Shown: positions 55,487-64,000 of the stretch, in pieces
How positions within the stretch are numbered: the stretch's first letter is position 1
Layout of the letters: the number at the start of each line of letters is the position of its first letter
Source of the DNA: the human T2T-CHM13v2.0 reference genome, Homo sapiens
Length of the DNA stretch: 64,000 bases
Assembly (NCBI RefSeq): GCF_009914755.1
Contig: NC_060930.1
Reading direction: 5' to 3' (one strand)
Translations under genes and position numbers: made by a program
Notes under the pieces: generated by a model
Database searches by the model: none
What the model saw: only the letters and a program-made list of their open reading frames with translations
What the model was told of the DNA's origin: nothing

Positions 55487-56729
55487 AAGGCACTTAGTAC
55501 CATGCCAGGCACAAAATAGGTTAGAAGTCTATTTTATTTCCTGTCTTGAAAATATAAATGGAAAATATTTTATAATTCCATTAGAAGTTCTCTTAATATT
55601 TATATGTTTTTGCAACAATTACAATTTGCATTCTGTTCCAAATACAATAATCAAGAAACTAAGAAGGTTGAAAACAAAATACATTTTATTTTATTAGAAA
55701 AATCCAAAGCTAGAAGGTATATGTAGAAGAAAAAATGTGTAAATTACGTTTGTTAGTTGGGGTCCACTTTAATAAATTGACCTTAATCAGCATGTTCCAG
55801 TGGCATTTGCTTTGAGTAATCTAAACACCAGAAATTTAAACTGATAAATATCTCACATCCGCTTTAATTTGGCAACCCTAGAAAATGTTCTGGGTAAAGG
55901 TACTTTCCATTTGGCATGCTTGTTTTATGCTATGTTTAAGCTAAAGTTATGGAGTAACTTTAACTACAATCAGAAGCTTCAATGAGTGACAGCAGTTCCC
56001 AACAGTACCTCTCTCAACAAAACATCAATTTTATAACAATTATATTGTCTAACCATCCTGCCAGGTGTTGACTCTTTGAAGAGTGGCTTGGGGGTAAAAA
56101 AAAAAAAACAACTTTTTTATAAAAGAAGATAAAACATCCATTCTTCTTTGTGGCATTTCCTGAACACCTGAGGCTTTTTTTTATTAATAGCTCAATGAGG
56201 CTTTGGAGCAATCTTTATACTTTATTTTCCAGTTATGTACCTAAAAGAACAGCAGGTAAAATTTTTCCTATAGTCTATCCAATTACCCCCACTCAGGTTA
56301 CCTTGAATTTACAAATATAGAATAACATCATTAAAATAAGCCCAATTATATAATAGCCCAAAGTAAGAGATAATTAGGGCTTCTGTCATTAATGGCTCCC
56401 ATACAGGGTAAAACATTCCCAGAGGCATCTTCCTCTGCACTGCAACAAAGCAGACATAAAGTCCAACGACACTTGAATTATCCAACTTTCATACAACATT
56501 CTGGTGAGTTTTAAATAGAGCCTTGTATATCAGGAGAAAAGAGTTTGTTTCACCTGAAATCATTCTACGAATATTTATTGCACACTACCTACATAACAGC
56601 ATTGTGGGGGCTTCTGGACACACAAAAGCCTGCCCTCATCAAAACTTGCCATCCAACAGGAAAAGGCAAACACTGAATAAAGAAGTACTAGTATGATAAA
56701 AGGTATCAAAGGGAAAGAACATGGTAATA

Positions 56730-57560
56730 TACATTGCAGGAACCTTGAACTTCGGAAGCAATAGAAAAGATGTCCCAAAGAAAGTAGCATTACAGGAGCG
56801 ATGTAAAGAATGAAATAGTAGGGCTTGACCAAATGAAAATAGAGAATGTTCCAGGTAAAGAAAATAGTGAAGGCTCAAGGTTAAGGAAGGATCAGGCAGG
56901 AAGTTCAATATTGTTGAAGAAAATCAACTGAAGAGATAAGTGGGGTATGATAATGTCAAAAAATAGGAAGAGCCCAAATCCCCGCTGGTATTTGAGTCTT
57001 GATAAAGTTTCTGGACTAGATACCACTAGACAAGTTTAAGGAATGCAATGACGTGACCAGAACTGCATTCTTAATAATCATTTTGGCTGCTATGCTGTGA
57101 GAAAAATGGATTGGCAGGAGGTAAAAGTGGATGGAAGAGATCAAATACAGACTCCTCCATAATCCAGACAAGACAATGGAGCCAAGGGAAAGAATGGCAG
57201 CAGGGAGGATACAGGGAGGTAAACTGTATAGAAAGGAGATAGGATTAAAAGGAGTTAGTGACTGGAGGATGGGGGAGGTGAGGGATAGAGAGAAGTCATA
57301 TTAATTCTTAAGTCTCTGGGTTAAACAATTGAGAGAATAGATATACCACTCACAAAGACAAAAAAAAAAAAAAACTTGCAGAAAGGCTAGTGTGGGGAGA
57401 GTGCAGGATTTTCCCTTGTTCAGATCAAATTTGAAATACCTGTAAAGCATCCACCTGGAGATGTACCAAGGTAGTTGGATATACATGCCTCAAAAGAGAT
57501 GACTGAACTAAAGATACAGTAGTCAGCTTAAAGGTGATACCCGAAGCTACAGAGAGAAGT
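56730..57560 (-). mobile_element. L2 LINE fragment
   Basis: gaatgttccaggtaaag, atcattttggctgctatg, tttgaaatacctgtaaagcatccacctggagatg. Confidence 0.65.
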
Positions 57561-59399
57561 AGAAAGTTTCCCGTCCTGGCTGGAAGCAAGGTTGAGAACT
57601 ATCACTCTAAGGATATGGTTGGTAATCTATCTATATAATTGTGAAAGCATCCAATTTACATGATAATCAGACAGAACTGAGCCTCATGCTTTCAGCCACT
57701 CCTCAGGTCACTGCTCAAAGAAGCATTTCCTGATCAGTCTACCTGAACTAGCACACATACCATGTACACCCATCATTCTCCATCTTCCCGCCTATTTTAA
57801 TTTCCTTCATAGCACTTATTACCCTCTGACTATATGCTTTGCCTATTTATTTATTGTCTTTTTCTGACTATAAAAATGAGATCCCCATAAGAAAAGAGAC
57901 TTTGTCTTGGTTTTTCTATGTTCACTATAGAACCCCAGCACCATTTGAAATGCATCTATCACTTAACAAATGCTTAATTCAGTATTTGTGGAAGGAAGAA
58001 TAAAAAGGGATCCAGAGTTCAAACAATAGGGATGCTGTTTTGATGAAGCAGAAGGAAAGGATATGTGCAGATGCAGGTGTTTTTGTAGCCTGCCATAGAA
58101 AGGTAATGTTCCAGTTTAGCTTCATATTCCTATATGAAATAACCACTTCTATGAGAAGTAGCATGAACTTTCCTGATCAGAATGGGGTACAGAGTTCAAG
58201 TTTAAAATTTTTTGGAAATAGTTGAGAACAAGGCTGGTCAAATTACTAAGCAGTGTTGACAGGCAAGCTGAGGTTGGTCATCATGGATTTTTTTGTAGAC
58301 ATAACAATCTGACCCAACAGGTGATTTTCTTCAACTGTGCTCAGTATCTGGGTACACTCATGGAGACTACAACCAGCTGGGATCATCTACAGTTAGGGTT
58401 TTAATACACACCTTTGACAGAATAAAATAGTAAGGGAATTTGGCTTATTTGGGTACCAAAATGCTAAACAGTATTTTTCCTTTTGACTCAGAATTGGCCA
58501 AATAGCTATAAAGATTCTAGCTATTCTAAAGAAAATTCTTTAGAATTTTTCCACCCACATTCTAAAGAAAACCATAAAGCATATTCCCACAGGATTTCTA
58601 AGAATTAGCAGAACTGGCTCTTCCATCTAAACTTTCACTCCACCACACCCAAGCAGTCTATATTTGCAAAAGATTGAGAGTCAAGAAGAATCCACTGAAG
58701 CAGGTTATCATTGTTATATGACAGAGTTGTGGCTTTTACCCTCCATTGTAAAAAGAGTGCTTCGAACCCTCACCCAAGTGAACCATGTGAAGGAGGTTCT
58801 AAGGGAATCAGTCACAGAGATCGAGCAGTGCCTATAAGGGCATGCTATTCTGTAAGTGGGTATCTATTACACAGCAGACTTGATTACCTAGCCTACCGGC
58901 TTATGTTCTTGAAGGGAGAAACATGAATGGCACTTGGCAAGCAAACAGAAGCAGCATTTGTGGTGGAAGACTCCTTTTATTTGGCTTAACAAGGATGCTT
59001 TAGTCTGCTGTGGTCAAATGGACATTTGGAAGGTAGTCAGATATGAGCCATCCTGCTGGAATACTTCTTAAGAGAACTTTAGGCAAGGGGAATGGACCTT
59101 AGCAGTAAGTAGCTGTGAGGCATTTCATGGAAGCAAAAGTTGAGTGTACATTAGGAGAGGTCATTTTGAAAATAAATGGGCAGTAGGTGGGCCCACTGCA
59201 GGCCGCCTGAGAAGCCCCATGATAGTGGCAGCGTTTGGGCACCTGCCACATCCAAAAGAGGATTCTACTGGCACAGGTTACATGGAAGAAATCTTAACTC
59301 CTTTTCGTTCAGTATGCTTCCCCTACCTAAACCTGGAGAAGCTGCAGTGAACGAGCTGACATATCCAACTCTGCAGTCCCAGTCCTAAGTCTAAGATCT

Positions 59400-60790
59400 G
59401 GCTTTAAGGTAGAAAGGAAAATAAATACTAAGCCAGGTTTGAGATTAAAAGTTTCAATTGGATTAAGTTGGAATAGACTGAATTGCAGTACTCATGCTTA
59501 AAATTATCCAAAAGAAATGGATCTGTCTGAGGTATGATAAAAGATAGAAAAATAGTATTCATAGAACCTAACTGAAAGCAGTGGCTAAAGACAAACAAAG
59601 CTGGTTTTGTACCCCCTTAGAGTAAAGGCTGTTTGATAAACAGTGTTTTAGGAAGACATGGATTCCAAGCTGGATAAGAAAGGAAGTGAAGACAAGGAGG
59701 GACTGATGGATGGAAGAACATAGAAGATTCACTGCATTGGGTGTCATGATGAAGCTGAGGAACAGCTGCAGTAGGGTACTTGAGCAGATGAGCTGGAAGC
59801 CCCAGAAGAGCTCAGCGTCTAAATTAGTGATTTCAAAGTTGTGGCAGTTTGTAATGAATTCAAGTTCAAGTTAAGATCCTGGAGATACTGAGTAGCTGAG
59901 GCTGAGTTATAAAAAAACAGTAAGTTCTTGAAAATAAGAAGGTCAAATAATTGAGGACGTTGAATTTGTCATCCAATATGGATGCTGAAGTGTCCCCAGA
60001 AGATGGCAGATATGAGGATGGAGAAAAGCACTGAAAGCCACATACTAAAGTTGCTACTGGAGGCTTTACTCCGGATGGCCATGTACCCCATGAAAATCAG
60101 CTACTACGTTGCAAAGTAAATAGGTTATAATGATGTGAAGTTAGCTGTGAGCCTCCAATGATAAAGGCTTTTTGTAGGAGGAGGAAGACTTATTGGTCTG
60201 GAAACAGCACTGAGAAGTGAGGAGGACATGTCCCCACCTACCAACTTTGGGAGGCATAAAAAGTCTCTGCGGTATTTTCAGAATCAATCCAGGAGGTGCT
60301 GGGATTGTTCACTATAGAGGCTGAGGATTTGGAGATGTTTGTTAATAACGGAATAGGAATTCTAGGTGGTCCAGTGTAAAAGTTGGTGAGACAGGAGGAA
60401 TAGGAAATTGGCAGAGTCAAGATTTGCAGGGAAATCTGTATGCCACCTGAAGAATGTTGAGCAGGAGATATTGTTGAGTCAGGCTTGCATTTTAGATAAA
60501 TCACCCTGACAGTTGTGTAGAAGACATTTTTTTAAGGGAATTCAAGGCTATGGGAAGGGAGACCATTCAAGAAACTATGAATTATAGTCATGACAATAAA
60601 TCTCAAGGGTCTAAAATTGAGTAGTAATGAGATGATTAAGATATGTAGGAGTTCAATCAGCTAGACTTAATCAGATGTGAGAAGTGAAAGAAGGAAGTTT
60701 CCAAGGTCTCTCAAATTTCTAGCCTGAGTAACTTGGTGGCTGGTGGGGACAATGGAGGAAAATTATATTTATGGACAGAAATGTTCAGAT
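59400..60790 (-). mobile_element. L2 LINE fragments
   Basis: gcattttagataaatcaccctgacag, aggtctctcaaatttctagcctgagtaact, gctgaagtgtcccc. Confidence 0.5.
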
Positions 60791-60849
60791 CTGGACATTG
60801 CATGAAAAACTAAAGCCTTGAGTTTACCTCCACTTGACATTTCTCCTCT

Positions 60850-61265
60850 TACATAGTAACAGAGTAGCTGATTTTCATGGAGCACATGGCCATCCAGAAT
60901 AAAGATAACATTTCCCATTTCCCTTACAGCTAAATGTAGCCAAATGATTAAGTTATGGTGAATGGTATGTGATACAAATTGTGTTTGCAACTTCCAGGAG
61001 GTGTCTTTAAAAGATGAAGCATATTCTTCACCTCCTTCTCCTTCCTGCTGGGGAATATGGACATAACAGCTATGTCTCTATTAACCACCTTGGACCATAA
61101 GCCTAACTTGGCCATGGAAATCACAAAAAGCAGAGCAGCAAGATAGAAAGAGCCTGGTTCCTTGACTTCTCAAACATGAGAAATAAAGAAATTTCTACTT
61201 CTTTAAGCCACTATAATTTTGTAGCTTTCTGTTACTCACAGCTGAACTTAATCCTAATAAATACC
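60850..61265 (+). mobile_element. MLT1 MaLR LTR
   Basis: catttcccttacagctaaatgtagccaaatgattaagtt, tttaagccactataatttt, tgttactcacagctgaacttaatcctaataaatac. Confidence 0.7.
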
Positions 61266-63482
61266 AGATGTGTTAAGTTTGAGGTGTCTGTGGAACTGAA
61301 GGAGGGGTATGCAGTACAGCTGCATATACTGACATAGAACTAGGCAAGAGATCAGGGTTAGGGACAGGAAACACAGGTCATTCTCTAAAAGCTAGTCCAT
61401 GTGATTTTTTTTTCCAATAGCCTTCTGCAGCCTGATCTAAGAGTGGAAAAGCTAATAAATGTTTACATAAATAGATATTCAGATCTAAATCAATTTTCTG
61501 ACCACAGGTATAAGATAAAGATCGATATTACTTTGTATTTAAAATATTGCCTTGGAAAATAAAAGTCACTGCAGCAATTTTGTATATAACTAGCTGGTGT
61601 TTATGAGGCAGGCCCCATGAGGACAGTATAATCACAAACCCCTTTTTATTAGGGAGAAATGATGATTAAAACCAAATGAGGAAGAATTGTATGTGCCAAA
61701 TGCAATGTAAAAGATATAATGAATAACAAATATTTAGGAACGATTATACTGACCTTTTTTGCACAAAAAATAAAATGTAAGCTTGGGCAACTGCCCAGGT
61801 AGCAAAATTCTGAATAAAGTCAAAAATGGATGCTCATGTATTTAAGAAAATATACGTGCAAACTTCTGTTAAACTTGCTAAATCATTGCACAAATAGTCT
61901 ATAAAAATACTCAGAAATTAGGACCCATATAAATGCTATTTGTAAATTTTGAAATCTTTCCCACTGTAGACTTCATGAGAAGCTATAACTTCTCCCCATG
62001 TTTATTTCAGGCTACTTTCTAAAAAATGAGAGCCCTAGTTCCAAATATACATTGCACATAAGGAATTTCTTATAATGCTTCCAAATGGAAAAGGCTAGAA
62101 AAAGTGTTTCAAGTTGTTCTGTATTCTCCTCAAAAAAAAGTTTGGATAAATAAACCAGCACCTACATGTTAGATTTCTTGTAGTTTTTCCGTGAGTTTTT
62201 AAAGACAGACTATCTGTCCTCTTCTCCCCATTGTTTAGTCCGTATGTGCTCAATCAAGGATTATAAAAGTAATTTTAACACAGAATCCAGCAAACACAAT
62301 TAAGTAAATATACTATGAAAAAAAAATCACAACAAGCATCTCAGCTAGTTATTAATTTTGTGCTTAGCCCCTGGTTTGGATTGCCTCGGCCCCAAGTTCC
62401 CAGAACAGAATAGAAAGTGGTTAATCAGCGCATTGCCAACATCAAGAATCAAACCCACATCTAGCCAGTGATAGAAGGTTCAATTTCTTTATGCCTTGAA
62501 TCCACGTGGCCCTGGGACTCCACCAGATCAGTGGCTGAGGACCCACCCATCTTCAGGGTCTTGATACACATGTTCTTCATCAAGAAGCATCAGAAACCCC
62601 AATGAATCAGAAACTAATCAAAATAAACTGATGGAACTTGGAGGTTTGAAAGCTTCTGCCCAGAGAGTAAGAAGATGGGAGTGGGGGAGGCCATCTAGTG
62701 ATAAACTAGGTTAAGAATCACAAGGCCCAGAGTCTTAGTCTTGTTCTAATATTAATTAGCAGTCTGTTTCTTCCCAGCAAAGCAAAATAATTGGGTTGGT
62801 CTGGGATAGTCTCAGCAGTATCTTCTAGCTTCAAAAGTGCACGTGTTGGGAATTACAAGTGAATGCTATGAGTTTAGCAACCTGCTTGACGCCTCCTAAA
62901 TGTAATGCATTTATGTGTCATCTGTTCGTTTTGATCCTCATCTCCAGGAGGTACTTAATTCAGATGTTTTGGTCTATGGAAAACTTTCTATCACTACTCC
63001 TCTCTCTTTAATTGATATTGGTTCTTTCATACCAACATTTACATTGTTTTCCTTGATATTTAGAATGGTTTTATTGCATTTGTAAGTGGAAAAGCAAGGC
63101 ATCGCTAAATGTAAAATTTTCCATTATGGAATTTTCCTTCTAGCAATTAAACATGTTTTTGGGTTAAGTATGGTATAGAAAAGTGATTAAATGCATACGA
63201 AATCGTGTGGGTTATTAGAGATTATTTGGTTGTTTGGGGTATCCTAGGATACATAGTTGTTTTTCCACCAACCCACACATCCTCTATATTCCTAATAAAG
63301 CCTTTGGAATCTGCTGGGCTTTTTAAGGCTCTCACCACTCTCTTTCTATGACTTCACCGTATCATTAAAAATCTAAAGTTATTTAGCATAATTTAATAGT
63401 ATTAGCAAGATTTGTAACCGTATCCAAGGATATGAACTTGTTTGTTGTAACAACCACTTGAGGCAGTCCAAAAGGCCCTTCA

Positions 63483-63556
63483 AAGAAAGAAACATGCCAT
63501 GTCAAATTTTCAGTAGTTTTATTGAAAAATGCCTCTTTTGTTTCAGAAATAAATAA
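63483..63556 (-). terminator. Candidate Pol II cleavage/polyadenylation site of a minus-strand gene extending beyond the window
   Basis: On the minus strand: ARE nonamer TTATTTATT (63556-63548), AATAAA (63523-63518), CA ~17 nt downstream (63501-63500), then GU/U-rich tggcatgtttctttctttg. Lies in repeat-poor DNA. Confidence 0.5.
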
Positions 63557-64000
63557 TATAAGGCAGTGAAATTCACAATCTGCAGTTAAAATATAAAAGC
63601 AGCAATTCTATGTTCATAGTCTTGCAAATGTTTTCCAACTACTTTTGATAACTAAGAAATATTATATTCTGAAAAAAGTTCATACTAAATATACAACACA
63701 AACATGCAATTCCCTCTCTGCAGAATAATCTGCAATTTGGTATAAATGTTAGTGTGTCTAAAACAAGGAGGTTTAAGGCAATATGGAACTGTATCCCGTT
63801 GATGCACTAACTTCATCTACATGGCTTAAGGTTTGTGGTTGTTAAAGAGATGTATACGAGCATTCTATGCCCCGGCGTATAACAGAGATAGAAGAGGAAG
63901 ATAAGTAATTGCAATGGAGTTGACGTTTCCCTCCTTTTTGGTTTTAGGAGGGGAATTATTTGAATCGTGGTGTAATTGAATTGAAAATAAGTATAGCAAA

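Noticed and set aside
61400-64000. Assigning a gene name to the putative 3'UTR
   Set aside because: No coding sequence is in the window and I do not recognise the UTR; naming needs a genome search.

Overview
Primate (probably human or great-ape) AT-rich, repeat-dense, gene-poor genomic DNA. I see no supportable host protein-coding exon, RNA gene, CpG island or CRISPR array. All recognisable ORFs come from LINE-1, LTR or low-complexity sequence. Roughly half the window is interspersed repeat: four Alus, young L1PA pieces, a TSD-bounded ~7.2-kb ancient L1MB-like element with a monomer-array 5'UTR, a complete MSTA MaLR provirus, solo LTRs (THE1B, MER61, MST, MLT1, LTR33-like), MIR, L2 and MER58. 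The last ~2.5 kb is repeat-poor and looks like the 3' end of a minus-strand gene that I cannot name. I found no new protein-based system. The most unusual signals are retrotransposition scars: (1) two antisense L1PA3/4-like pieces about 10 kb apart that join end to end in L1 coordinates, one a normal TSD-flanked insertion and the other a tail-less filler at a deletion that truncated an L1PA6; (2) a 68-bp L1 3' transduction with its own poly(A) signal; (3) an L1-mobilised, polyadenylated ERV LTR R-region retrocopy. There are also several template-switch hairpins, two of which create paired STAT motifs. Subfamily names are from recalled consensus sequences, not from a search, and boundaries of old repeats are approximate.
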